In this document: in pieces, positions 1 through 10,800 of the stretch | Numbering within the stretch: the first letter of the stretch is position 1 | How the letters are laid out: every line of letters starts with the position of its first letter | Source: Octopus sinensis | Taxonomy: Eukaryota | Reading direction: 5' to 3' | DNA: 64,000 nucleotides | Assembly (NCBI RefSeq): GCF_006345805.1 | Contig: NC_043002.1 | Span: 24,490,001 to 24,554,000 of the forward strand | Position numbers and translations under genes: made by a program | The notes under the pieces: generated by a model | Database searches by the model: none | What the model saw: the letters and a program-made list of their open reading frames with translations, nothing else | What the model was told of the DNA's origin: nothing

Positions 1-149
1 GACAAGAAAATCTTGTCCATCTAAATTATTTTTACTAATTATTATTTTTGCTTATTTTTGTTAATTTCAGTAATTTTTCATTCAAGAATTTGATATTAAA
101 TCAAGTAAAGTTGCCACCTCATAAGAAAAATATTTTCTGTCTGTTGAGA

Positions 150-474
150 ATTAGTATACCATTATGATCTGTGGTATGCACACATTTTTGGTCAGTGTTA
201 ACCAATGAAATAATGAGGTTTTGAAGCCATCTTGTGTAAATGAACATTTCATTATGGTACACAGAACTAGTCTGAATGAGCATCTATATGTAAAACCGAA
301 GTAACATATGTCTTTAATCAAATATAATCATACTTTACATTGTGTATTGAGTACTTTTTCTCTTGTCTGTTATAGACAATATGCATGCGCACACACACAC
401 ACGTATATATACATACAGCTACTGATTATCACTGCTAGCTGTGTGTGTATATATGTGTGTATGTGTCTGTCTTC

Positions 475-535
<61 letters not shown>

Positions 536-1085
536 TGTATGTACATACACATACACACACACCATTCATATGCAGTGCTCAAAGAAACTTGTACCTTGAA
601 ATTCCTTCTTATATTTTAATTATATATATGTCATTCACTTCAGTTAGCAATGTCTCATGCTCCTGCTGGCTCTCTACCAAGAAACTTGGAATTTCTTATA
701 TCAGAAACACGCAAATGGTTTTCTCTCTTGTCATTAGGACAGATAGCATATAAAAACCTATATCAGACAATTAATGAGGGAGAAAACCCATTAAAAATTC
801 CCATGAGTGACAAGACTAGGTAGTTATCTATTCAACCAGCTGTAGGAGGAATAATAACCCAATGGCTTGAATTAAAAATCCATTTTCAAATTATGAGAAA
901 TACTGAAAATGTGTTTTATTATTGAAGTCCTTTATGAAATGTATTCAATTGAAAAGAACTTGGCATATCATTTATGCATTCCATTTTCAGTGAAGTACAG
1001 TGTTTAAATAAATTGTTTGTGTCAAAGGCTGCTGATAAAGCCAAATTATTAGATGATTTAACATTAATAGTAAGCACATATATGG
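150..1085 (+). pseudogene. Decayed hAT-superfamily transposase, 5' part (interrupted by a microsatellite block ~360-640)
   Basis: Frame from 644 reads LAMSHAPAGSLPRNLEFLISETRKWFSLLSLGQIAYKNLYQTINEGENPLKIPMSDKTR*LSIQPAVGGIITQWLELKIHF. TR*LS at 815-829 is the hAT TRW motif with TGG>TAG. Further hAT-like text (EVLYEMYS..KNLAY; SEVQCLNKLF...KLLDDL) follows after frameshifts. Confidence 0.75.
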
Positions 1086-1089
1086 AAAT

Positions 1090-1925
1090 AAACTAAATCT
1101 ACCATAAATGGCTCCTCAAAAAATCAGATGTCATTCTGCAACTACAATTACTGATACAGATTATGCAGATGACATAGCTCTTACTTCTAAAGCTATTGAG
1201 GAAGTCAATGAGTTGAAGAAGCTACAAAACATATTAAACAACAAACCAATGATAATAAATCTGAGTTTATAGTTTTCAATCAACTAAAAGACTGCATTAT
1301 ATTAGCAAAGAGTGAAAACTTGAAATGTGTAAATGACATCAAATGTTTAGGATTGGGAATAGAAAGCTCAAAGAGAGATAGTGAAGTGAGAAAAGAATTA
1401 GAATGGTCAGCAATGAGCAAGATATCCTCAATATGAGAAACAAATCTATTTAATGACCATAAAATATAGGGTTTTTTATAGCTGCTGTAGAAAGCATGTT
1501 GATAAATGGATCTGAATGTTGGACACTAATGAAAGTAATAGAAAGCAGGCTAAATGGAACATATACCAAAATGTTAAGGAGAGTGAAGAAAATTTTGTGG
1601 GAGCAACATTTACCAAACACCATATTATATGACAATATACCATTATTAATAGAAACCATCAAATAATACAGAGTTAAGCTCATGGGACACTGTTGGTGTA
1701 GAAAAGATGAAGTTTTACATTAACTATTACTATAGGGACTAGCAAATGATAGAAGAAGCAGACCTTGTTGAACATATTTGCAACAGTTTCTGGAGGACAT
1801 AAACCATGAAAGAAACTGTGCTGAAGATATGATGGAGAACTAGAAAGTGTGGAGGAGATTGGTCAAAGGTGCATGAATGGGTTTAACATGACATACCAGC
1901 CTCTGAGAGTGATGTATAGACTTGT
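1090..1925 (+). mobile_element. RTE-like non-LTR retrotransposon, decayed RT C-terminal part
   Basis: YADD at 1162-1173 (TDYADDIALTS). Downstream AAVESMLINGSECWTL...RLNGTYTKMLRRV..ILW...KLMGHCWCRKDE..RRSRP is typical of RTE-clade C-termini. Many stops and frameshifts. Confidence 0.8.
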
Positions 1926-2460
1926 TATATTGAAGAATATTTATGTCTTAATCCCTAAGATTTTAGTTTTGAAAATAAAATTGAAGACTTAAAAAATCAT
2001 AGTAAAATTAGAAACAATGAAAAAGTGTACACTAGAAACTGAAGTCCACAGTTTCTTTTATTCTTATTGAAATAACTGAAACAAAGATGATCAGAATGTC
2101 TGGAAATTCTAAGTAATGTATTACTTTTCTGTTAGAAATGTTCTTTGTCAAAGAACACAAATCAGTTTTCAAATTGATGGCATATTTGGATGCATCAAAA
2201 TAATCCATATCTGCTGCTGAATTTCTATTTCAAAAATCACATTTGTTGGACTAGACTAATACTGATACCGAATTTTTTTGGGTGAAGTTTATCAATTAAA
2301 AGATGCTTCTAGATATTTCATTTACTGATTTCCCAGACTGAGCTATTTCAAGTTTGACACTTCCTCACTCTGAAGCAACTGAAAGAGTGTTGTGAATAAT
2401 GGTAAATCAAAGTTATGAAACAAAATGGAATTGAAGCTTCAAAAGTTTGATTTAATAAGG
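1925..2460 (+). pseudogene. Decayed hAT transposase, 3' part including the dimerisation domain
   Basis: FPRLS then, after a frameshift, AISSLTLPHSEATERV (LPHSEATERV at 2360-2389), matching the hAT C-terminal LPxSxAxxERxFS motif. Confidence 0.7.
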
Positions 2461-2663
2461 TACCATAAATGTTGCTGCAAATATAAATTCTCTGATAAAA
2501 CTGTACAAGCTATAGGAACAATGTCAGCTTATATAAATAAAAATACAGAAAAAAGTCAAGAAATCTAAAATATTAATGATCCAAAGCCATTTACTTCAAT
2601 TGTTGACCAAGAAAAATGTTATAATAAGCTCGAACTCAGAACCATGTGGTTGGGAAGCAAGCT

Positions 2664-3505
2664 GGATCTTTTCTGTTTGGCAGCCAGTGTCAATTTCTGT
2701 TTGAATTGATTTCATATTCAGTGTAATAGTACACTTTTATAGGGTAATCAATACCATACAAATCATTTTCGCTATAAATCAATAAATAAAGTTATTAGCT
2801 ATTAAAGTTTGAAAATTTTGGGTAATTTTAGCCAATTGTAAACCACAGACATGTTCATGTCTGTTTCCATAGTAACAAGCCAAACATGAGAACTCTGTTG
2901 TCTGCAAGAAAGCATGTGTTGACTAGTATTATGCAAAACAAAGAAACATTTTATGAGTACAAGAAAACGTAGTGGGAATATGTATTGGTGATGCATGTGC
3001 CAAGGGTGCATGGAGTCTGTGTCAGTGAAGAAAGACACATGGTTTTAAGGCGGCGAGCTGGCAGAAACGTTTGCACGTCGGGCGAAATGCGTAGCCGCAT
3101 TTAGTCTGCCGCTACGTTCAGAGTTCAAATTCCGCCGAGGTCGACTTTGCCTTTCATCCTTTCGGGGTCGATTAAATAAGTACCAGTCACGCACTGGAGT
3201 CGATGTAATCGACTTAATCCGTTTGTCTGTCCTTGTTTGTCCTTTCTGTGTTTAGCCCCTTGTGGGTAGTAAAGAAGTAGGTTTGGAGGTGGCACCCTTC
3301 CTCTTAGGAAGGTAGTGCTTTTCCTTTTCTTGTGGTTTAAGGAATTGACTTCAGTCTGGTTTTGTGTTGAAGAACTAGGGATGAGCCATTGCACAACTGT
3401 TAATTATAACAGCTATGTTAGGGAAATATGTGTGGAAGACTTGCTCCATTATCCAGTTAAGGTTGGTGGTCCTGAGAAGATTGTTGAGATGTTTGTTTTT
3501 TAAAA
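2664..3505 (+). mobile_element. Merlin (IS1595/ISXO2-type) DNA transposon fossil: left TIR plus 5' transposase, split by a SINE
   Basis: W*CMCQGCMESVSVKKDTWF before 3046 joins GGGTLPLRKVVLFLFLWFKELTSVWFCVEELGMSHCTTVNYNSYVREICVEDLLHYPVKVGGPEKIVEM after 3280, matching the Merlin WRC..C..TWF and REVC..GGPG.IVEIDES motifs. GG-initiated TIR-like sequence at 2664-2688. Confidence 0.8.
3047..3279 (+). mobile_element. tRNA-derived SINE, family A (full length)
   Basis: Head GGCGGCGAGCTGGCAGAAAC with A-box-like and B-box-like (GAGTTCAAATTCC) motifs; central GCCTTTCATCCTTTCGGGGTCGAT; GGTTT direct repeat at 3041-3045 and 3280-3284; many copies in the window. Confidence 0.9.
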
Positions 3506-3529
3506 ATATTTAATTTGTAATGTGCTATT

Positions 3530-3605
3530 TTGAGCAACGTGAAATAAAGTGTTTTGCTCAAGGACAGAACGCACCGTCCGGTCTGGGGATCGAACTCACG
3601 ATCTA
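3530..3605 (-). mobile_element. CORE-type SINE fragment (family D head)
   Basis: GAGCAACGTGAAATAAAGTG..TTGCTCAAG..GATCGAACTCACGATC, homologous to 13700-13790. Confidence 0.65.
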
Positions 3606-4446
3606 TTTATATATTTTTATTAATTTTAGCTATAAATCCTAGCATATCTAGCTTTAAATCTGAATATTGATTTAGCAACACTGGCACCAGGATTTCAGAA
3701 TCCTTGGAAACGTCTTCGATAACAAGGAAGCCCTGCCATTGTCGATATCATTGTGTTTTTATCTCTCTATCTCTCTCCTTATATGCGCGCGCACACGTGT
3801 ATGAAATATTTGGAAAAGAAAATCCACGGGTGTAAGCAAAACCTAGAAACGAGAGGTTTCAAAGTAAATCTGGAAATAGCCACGATCGATATGCTAAAAA
3901 TAAATGGGTGGGTATCTAATACTAGTGCTTCTCAAACTGACAAATACCACTCTACTAAAAAATATTATTCATTTTAACGTCTCTCATCCCTTTTTATTAA
4001 TTAAAAGACAAAATAGGACATTCCTAAAGAATAGAGTCGGAAATTATTTAGTGCTCCAGAAAACCGTAATTCTTCCGGATCTAATCATTTTAATCACTGT
4101 AGAATGTGAATTAAAAAAATATCTCTTACCCTTCCTTTTCCGTAATTTTTCCAGGTCCGACATTTTCCCGAAAATTTCTTCGGATGTATAATCTCAGATG
4201 TTCAATACAAAGATTGGAAAAATTTTTCAAAGAAAGTAAAAAAGTGGCAATGGCAAGTTTACACTTTACTTTCTATGAAAATTTTTTCCAATCATGAGGA
4301 AAAAAAAAAAGAGCGGGCAAGGGTATCACAAAAAGAAACTGTAGATTCGCCGTCTACGATGCTTTAAAATAGGTTAACATACAGTTTACCGTCCTGAATA
4401 AGGAAAGCAAATTGTCCTTAAAAATGAAAGTATATTGTGATAGAAA

Positions 4447-4458
4447 CCGGAAGTGACG
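4447..4458 (+). promoter_or_regulatory. ETS site overlapping a CRE half-site (CCGGAAGTGACG)
   Basis: Exact CCGGAAGTG plus TGACG in a CpG-depleted background, 23 nt upstream of an ATG at 4481. Confidence 0.4.
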
Positions 4459-4480
4459 ACAGTAATATTACCCGCGATTT

Positions 4481-4632
4481 ATGAAACATTTGATATCTGA
4501 TAGAAGGGCTTTCTATATGGATCTCAGCATCTTCTATACTTATCAAGTTGTCAACGATTCACTCAATTTTGTTGATCCAAATGATGACAGCATCTATAGA
4601 AGGATGATGGATGCTCACCAAGAAGAAACTTG
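4481..4632 (+). CDS. Candidate first coding exon, product unknown
   Basis: MKHLISDRRAFYMDLSIFYTYQVVNDSLNFVDPNDDSIYRRMMDAHQEET followed by a TG|GTGAGC donor-like site at 4633. No homology recognised. Confidence 0.3.
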
Positions 4633-5325
4633 GTGAGCATCTGATTTATTTACATGAGCATGTGTGGCGAAACAAATTTAGCAGTCTTGAAAAATCATTT
4701 ACGAATTTAATTTCATGGTTTGTGTACTGAATACATTGGTTATTTTACATACATTGTTTACATGAAATTACGAAGTGTCACTCTCGTCATTTTCGGTTTC
4801 TATCGCATTATACTTCCATTCTTTTAAAGCAATTTTGTTTCACTATTTTACCACGTTAAACTTCACGTTAACCTTCATACAGACCCGAACAAATTACAGT
4901 TTTTGGTGCATAAGATATAAGTAATTTGTGATTATTTTTCTTTAAGAATGCAACCATAAAATTCTTGTTTATTCACCATAGTGTAACACAGTCATGGGCA
5001 AAAACTGCGACCTGCAGGATTTTCTGATTGGCACTCCTAACCATTGCTGGATTAACCATGAGGCACTACAGAAGTGGTAAATGATTGTGGCTCAAAAGAA
5101 ATCACTTTAAACTTGCTAAAATAATATTCAGAGTGGTTTATATGATTGGAAACCTATTTTAGAAGTGTTCCTGGTACCATAGTGAGGATCTGATCAAAGA
5201 CTACGCTATTAAAAAAAGTCAGAGAAAACTTTTGAAAAATAAATAAACTTGGTCTTATATAAAGATAAGTATTATTTTCCATTTTTCATTTTGAAAAGTG
5301 TGAATTTATTTTATGGTATTGTTTA

Positions 5326-5735
5326 GGATCTTTTCGGTTTGAACGGCAGTTTTTTAAAATAATTTCCACGTAACTAAACACTTTTAAACTTTGTATACTG
5401 GTAGAATGTGTTTATAAAACATCTTTTTCTCTTGGCTTTATTGAGAAAATTCTATAGTTTGTAAGATATTTGTTGTTTTTTTCCTTCAATTTCTGCAATT
5501 TCTGCCAATCAATGACGTACATTGAGGTAAAAAAAAAACATTCTGTGCCGTATGAATATGTCCCTCGTTTAAGAAACAGATTGGGTTTATTTACATTTGT
5601 GAAGAAAAAAAAGATACCCTTCCCCCACCCCTAAAACAGATTGAAATGCAATAGATCGATACTAGGGTCATAATTATGGGTGACAATTTCATATGACACC
5701 GCTAGAAAAAACTGCCGTTCAAACCGAAAAGATCC
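5326..5735. mobile_element. 410-bp MITE, Merlin-type
   Basis: Perfect 30-bp TIRs (GGATCTTTTCGGTTTGAACGGCAGTTTTTT) and perfect 8-bp TSD ATTGTTTA at 5318-5325 and 5736-5743. Confidence 0.95.
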
Positions 5736-6472
5736 ATTGTTTATATTTTGAATTGTGTATATATATGGGGGCACCAACATTTTTTAAGTGCTTAGGGCAT
5801 CTCTGGGTCTTAATCCGGTCCAACCCCTAACAAAAACTTACCTTCAATTTTTTTTTTTTTGGCTCATATCGAAAGATTGCCAAAAGCTTAAAACCACAAG
5901 GCCAGAGAGATATCTACCAAACACTTCGTTAATGTTTCAATTCCATCACCGACTGTAATCAACAGTAATATTTAGATTTGTTATCAGGTACTTTATAGAT
6001 TATCTTCTTGAATAATAAATAGTCTTTTATACTGTAAAATAGTTTTCATAAAAATTGTTTTTGTCATTTCTGTGCTGAAAAGTAAATTTACTGCTGTCTT
6101 AAAAGTACGTGTATTTCAATTCGTTCCTAATGAAGCAAAAGAAACATTTTATTGAACGTTGAATTGAGTGTATTGTTTGTTTTTTATGTTCAGTGAGAAA
6201 CGACACTTTGGGCGAGGTGGGGGGAGTCAACGCGCCAAAATAATGGCGAAGAAATTGAAGCACAAGCTAATGCTATTGCACAGATAATCACTGAACGATG
6301 TCGATCAGAATCATGTCAGGAAGTTACCTTAGAACATGAATAAAGAGAAAGAAAATGTTGGAAATTTAGCTGGGAAAGAAGCCTCACTTGACAGGTCGAC
6401 AAAATGTCCATAATTTGGCATACCTGCTCAAGTATAGCTACTGAAAAATACTCCATTGATTTTATTTCTTCA

Positions 6473-6703
6473 TAACTTTCAGACAAATTGATATTTTTTA
6501 GTGAAATTTTCTACAAATATATTTCAGATACGGATTACGATTATATCGCAATTTAATGTGGAAGAAAAAAAGATGGGCATGAGCTGAAACATAATGCTGA
6601 CATACATCACAAAATGTGTGTCAGAATTTTTTTACATAAATTCAATATAATCGTAATCTATATTTGTTGAAAATTTCATTAAAAAACTCTATTTTTTGAA
6701 AGT
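6473..6703. mobile_element. Fold-back MITE-like element
   Basis: Arms ~70-85 bp: ACTTTCAGACAAAT..GAAATTTTCTACAAATATA..GATTACGATTATAT versus its reverse complement at ~6635-6703. Confidence 0.75.
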
Positions 6704-7389
6704 CAGTGGTAGTACAATTTATGCATGTATGCGTTTAAATGAACAGTGGAATAAGATCATATAACTAGAGTTATCCTGGATAACACTAGTTATATTTTTG
6801 TGAACTTAATCTAGTTACTACCAAATTGAAATTTTACAAAAACATCTTGAGTTTGTGAATAAATCTCTAATATATTTTAGGCAGATACTTAGAAATCTTA
6901 CAAAAGAAACAATTTCTGATGTCTACTTTTTCTTTAGAACAATAGTCGGCTTCTCTGAATCTTATCTTTTGCATCATAACTATTCACAAAAGACGAAATC
7001 ATAATGAAGCCAAGTCTCCTTATTGCAACAGAGGAATTCTATGGTTAAGGTGAAATAATGAGGCTAAATTCTCTCAGTCAGTACAATATGACCAAGAACT
7101 GATGATTTATCTGTGTGAAAATTTATAAGAACGTATCTTGTGCAAGTTACGGAATTCGCTATTGTTTTACATATGAATGAAAAATACCGACTGAGCACAG
7201 CTTTGGTGTGTTTCCCAGATGTTTCTGACAATAAACCAATTATAGTGAAACGTTATCATGTAGTTTGGAGGAGAACCCACTGGAAGGCCATTGTTCAATA
7301 GCATTGATGATCATCTGGGTAAAGCTGAAATTCCCTGGGAGACGTGATTCCCTAATTACTGACGAGGGTCCGATAGTGACAGGTATTCT

Positions 7390-7607
7390 TATTTCTTTAT
7401 TGCCCACAAGGGGCTAAACATAGAGGGGACAAACCAGCACATTAAGTCGATTGCATCGACCCCAGTGCGTAACTGGTACTTATTTAATCGACCCCGAAAG
7501 GATGAAAGGCAAAGTCGACCTCGTCGGAATTTGGACTCAGAACGTAGCAGCAGACAAAATACAGCTAAGCATTTCGCCCGTCGCGCTAACGTTTCTGTTA
7601 CTCGCCG
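7390..7607 (-). mobile_element. SINE family A with 14-bp TSD
   Basis: Reverse complement of the 3047-3279 family; TSD GTGAC(A/G)GGTATTCT at 7376-7389 and 7609-7622. Confidence 0.9.
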
Positions 7608-7751
7608 GGTGACGGGTATTCTGTCGTGTAGTTGCGCGTATGAAATGCGTTTCTATCTCTGTATCGTCATTGATGGCATAATTTACAGTAAAATATTGAT
7701 TAAATAAAAAGTAAACAGGCATATTTCCACATGTGTGCCACCCGCACAATT

Positions 7752-8220
7752 TTGTTTCCTCTTAACTTTCAGAAAAATGGATATTTTTAATGACATTTTC
7801 TACAAATACATTCCAAATGACGCAGATTCCGATTGTTTCGGAATTTGTTGTGAAAAGTTTTTTAGGAGAAGGATAGGAATTTTGGATAATTCACACAAAT
7901 CAACTTTTGTTCCTCACAATTTTCAAGAAAAATGACTATTTTTTTAAATGAAATTTTCTATAATACCTTTCTGATGACGTAGGTTACAATTACATCGGAA
8001 TTTGTTTCGAAAAAATTGTTGAGCGCGCGCGTACACACACACACACACACACTGAAACTAGCTATTTTTTTTTATTAATGTGATGCGTGCCAGTGTGCGT
8101 GCGCGCCCACTCTTTTCTTCACATTAAATTCCAATATAATCATAATCTACATCATCTGAACGGTATTTGTAGAAAATTTCATTAAAAAATAGTTATTGTC
8201 TGAAAGTTATAAGGAAACAA
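7752..8220. mobile_element. Fold-back MITE-like element, same family as 6473-6703, with internal sub-repeats
   Basis: Termini TTGTTTCCTCTTAACTTTCAGA / TCTGAAAGTTATAAGGAAACAA; arm motif repeated internally at ~7783 and ~7941. Confidence 0.75.
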
Positions 8221-8597
8221 GGTCGCATGAAGTGGAGAGCGCACTTGTAAGGTGTGCCAAAAAATCTAAAGAAAATAGTGAACTAGAAAAGTAATTCAAT
8301 GTTGTTCAAAAGTGCGTTAATCTCACAAGCATACATTTAAAGCAGTAATGCTGCATGTTTCAGAGACATAGCGAAGACATATATACCAAAACAGCCTTTT
8401 GGTTTTATATTTTCCAATTCAGTAGTTTTCCACAGAATGTTCTAGTCAGTTTCCAAACTTTGCTTGGGAATCCTGGCTTTGCTCACTTAATAAATAATAA
8501 AGACTGACTTTATGATTTTGTTAGATGACTCAAAGTAGATTATTACGTTCGATTTATGACCGCATGCTGGAAGTAAGAAATTATTGTAATCCATTTT

Positions 8598-8614
8598 GCG
8601 GGGCGGGGCGGGGG
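8598..8614. promoter_or_regulatory. Tandem GC boxes
   Basis: GCGGGGCGGGGCGGGGG in an otherwise very AT-rich context. Confidence 0.3.
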
Positions 8615-8914
8615 TTAAAATTTTTAAAGAATTTTTTTATAATTTGTAATTTCCGTAGTTTAAAACGTGGAATTAAAGACATAAATACAAATATTGATTA
8701 AAAACCCAAAATTCTTTTTGTGAGAATAGTGGGGCCAAAATTAGATTTTTTTTTTGTTTTATTTGGCAAAATCGTAATCTTCACCGTTGTAAAATGGAGT
8801 CCGAAGCAATTTTTGAAAAATATAAACTAAAAAGTTAAGGCGTGCGATGCATATTTGACACGTCCGTCTGGACATTGCTGAATAAATGTCAATATTTCTT
8901 GGGTAAGAGTATTT

Positions 8915-9133
8915 CATAGCCTTGGGTCGATTAAAACCTTGTGCGTGGATTTGGTAGATGGAAACTGAAAGAAGCCCATCGTGTGTATGTGTCTGGGTCT
9001 TGACAACCAGTGTTGGTGTGTTTACGCCTCCGTAACTTAGCGGCTCGGCAAATAGATTAAGTACTAAGTTTAAAATAAATAGAAGTACTGAGGTCGATTC
9101 GTTCGACTGAAATTCTTCAAATGACTGAAACAA
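8915..9133 (+). mobile_element. SINE family B, 5'-truncated
   Basis: GGATTTGGTAGATGGAAACTGAAAGAAG + TG-rich linker + tail ending AAATGACTGAAACAAG; homologous to 52557-52979. Confidence 0.8.
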
Positions 9134-9246
9134 GACGTGTGTGTTAATACTACTAAAACTCTAAAGATGTTTGTGTGTACCCGAAAAATCTCAGAAGTAG
9201 TATATTTTATCTTAATTTTTTTTAGCATATTTATTTTCATACTTAC

Positions 9247-9290
9247 CTTCGGCAGGGCTGTACAAATTTTTGTGATATTTGGCCCTCCAT
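9247..9290 (-). CDS. Candidate short first coding exon
   Basis: Minus strand ATG...MEGQISQKFVQPCR followed by a consensus AG|GTAAGTA donor (9241-9246). Confidence 0.25.
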
Positions 9291-9606
9291 TTATTAATGA
9301 AAACGATTAAACACAAATTTTGTTTATTTTTTGACGAAAAAAAAAAGCATGGCTTTTGTCACGTCAAAACATATACAAAATACACACACATAATGAATGT
9401 CAAGGCAGTTAATCAATACAAACACACGTCCACTATCTGCGACATACACACACACACAGAGTCTTCGTGTTCTCTAAAGAAAACAAAAGTTGACTTTTTG
9501 ACGTCCACAATATTTTAATCGCTTAGAAATATTTTTAACTGAATGTGATTTCAAAAATGTAAGTTGTATGTACAGTAAGTATTTATATTTTAGCTTTTTT
9601 AAACAG

Positions 9607-10004
9607 TTCGTTAATTTCCGTAAAAAGTTTTTATTTATTTACTTTTGTTTTAAAGTGAAAGATGTATATACGTGTATGTGAAATGGACGTGTGTGTGTGT
9701 GTGTGAAAGAGAGAGAGAGAAAGAAAGAGGGGAGAGAGAAAAACAGAGAGAGAGTGAGTGAAGAGGTTTGTTGTCATGTATACGTACATACATCAATACA
9801 TATGCGTACATCTTTTCTGTATGTACGTGTGCATGTGTGTGTGTGTGAGAGAGAGAGAAAGTGAACGTGTGTGTTCTCATGTACGTGTAAGTGGCTTCTT
9901 TTCTCTCTCTCTTTCTCTCTCACACGTCTACTTCATACACGTTCATACATCTTTCACTTTAAAAAAAAAGTAAATAAATAAACATTTTTACGGAAATTAA
10001 AGAA
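9607..10004. repeat. Inverted duplication, ~85-bp arms
   Basis: 9607-9692 TTAATTTCCGTAAAAA..AAAGTGAAAGATGTAT..GACGTGTG is the reverse complement of ~9919-10004. Confidence 0.85.
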
Positions 10005-10022
10005 CAAAACCAGCTGATCTGG

Positions 10023-10217
10023 ATGACAGTTCCGAGAGTCAAAGCAACAGCTCTGAGAGTCAATGCGAAAGATCGCCCCAAAGGAATACTATTACAAGAT
10101 ATTTTTCGAGTGCTTTCAACGTATCTTAGCTCTAAAGATTTGGCTGCGATTTCTAGCACACCCTGCTACTACGTAACAATTATTTGTGATAAAGGATCCG
10201 AAATACCCGTTACGTGA
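10023..10217 (+). other. Short ORF with an F-box-like segment
   Basis: DIFRVLSTYLSSKDLAAISSTPC resembles the F-box pattern EILxxIFSYLxxxDLxxxSxVC (by eye only). Confidence 0.25.
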
Positions 10218-10800
10218 TAGCAGGGCATGCAAGAAATAGTAGCCGAATCTTTCCTTTTCTGAGGAAAGGAGTCGTTTACGCGTGATTTCGATGTCACATC
10301 CGTTGAAAGCATGCGAAATTACTTGGAAAAGAAAAACAAATCCCACGAAACAAAATTCCGTTGCTAGAACACTCAGACTTTCCAGGTGACCCAACGGGTC
10401 ATGGGTAGTCTTGTATATATATAAAATATAGGACAATCATTTGTCATAATAATACTCAGTTTCAAATACCAGAGCTGAGAGTTTCTAAGCATTTTTCATC
10501 AGTTAGAACTCTATAAAAAAAAAAAAATCGTTGAATAAAGGGAAGTTACTCTAATACGCGTGTAAAATAAAAGTAAAAGATATAAAATATATAAAAAAAT
10601 TATAAAAGTACACGCAACCACATACTCATGAAGATAGAAATCTTCGTTCATAAAATCTACATATGTACACATGTATATAAACATTCATACACATACACAC
10701 ACACACAGTTGGAATTCACACACACATACAAAAAAAAAAAACGAAAGACGAAGACAGGTGTGTAATTAACAAACAGATATATTAGTTTAAATGAGAAAGT

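Noticed and set aside
3047-3135. tRNA gene
   Set aside because: Only A/B-box-like motifs in SINE heads; no intact cloverleaf here or in other copies.
5046-5820. Outer hAT-like MITE shell around the Merlin-type MITE
   Set aside because: Only 8/11 terminal matches (GGATTAA core) and no TSD; insufficient support.
9239-9257. U1 snRNA-like 5' end ATACTTACCT(TC)GGCAGGG
   Set aside because: Similarity stops after ~19 nt with no U1 stem-loops or Sm site; better explained as the antisense of a splice donor.
10481-10503. Minus-strand CTGATGA...GAAAC near the tandem ribozymes
   Set aside because: The intervening AAAATGCTTA cannot form stem II, and stem I is out of register.
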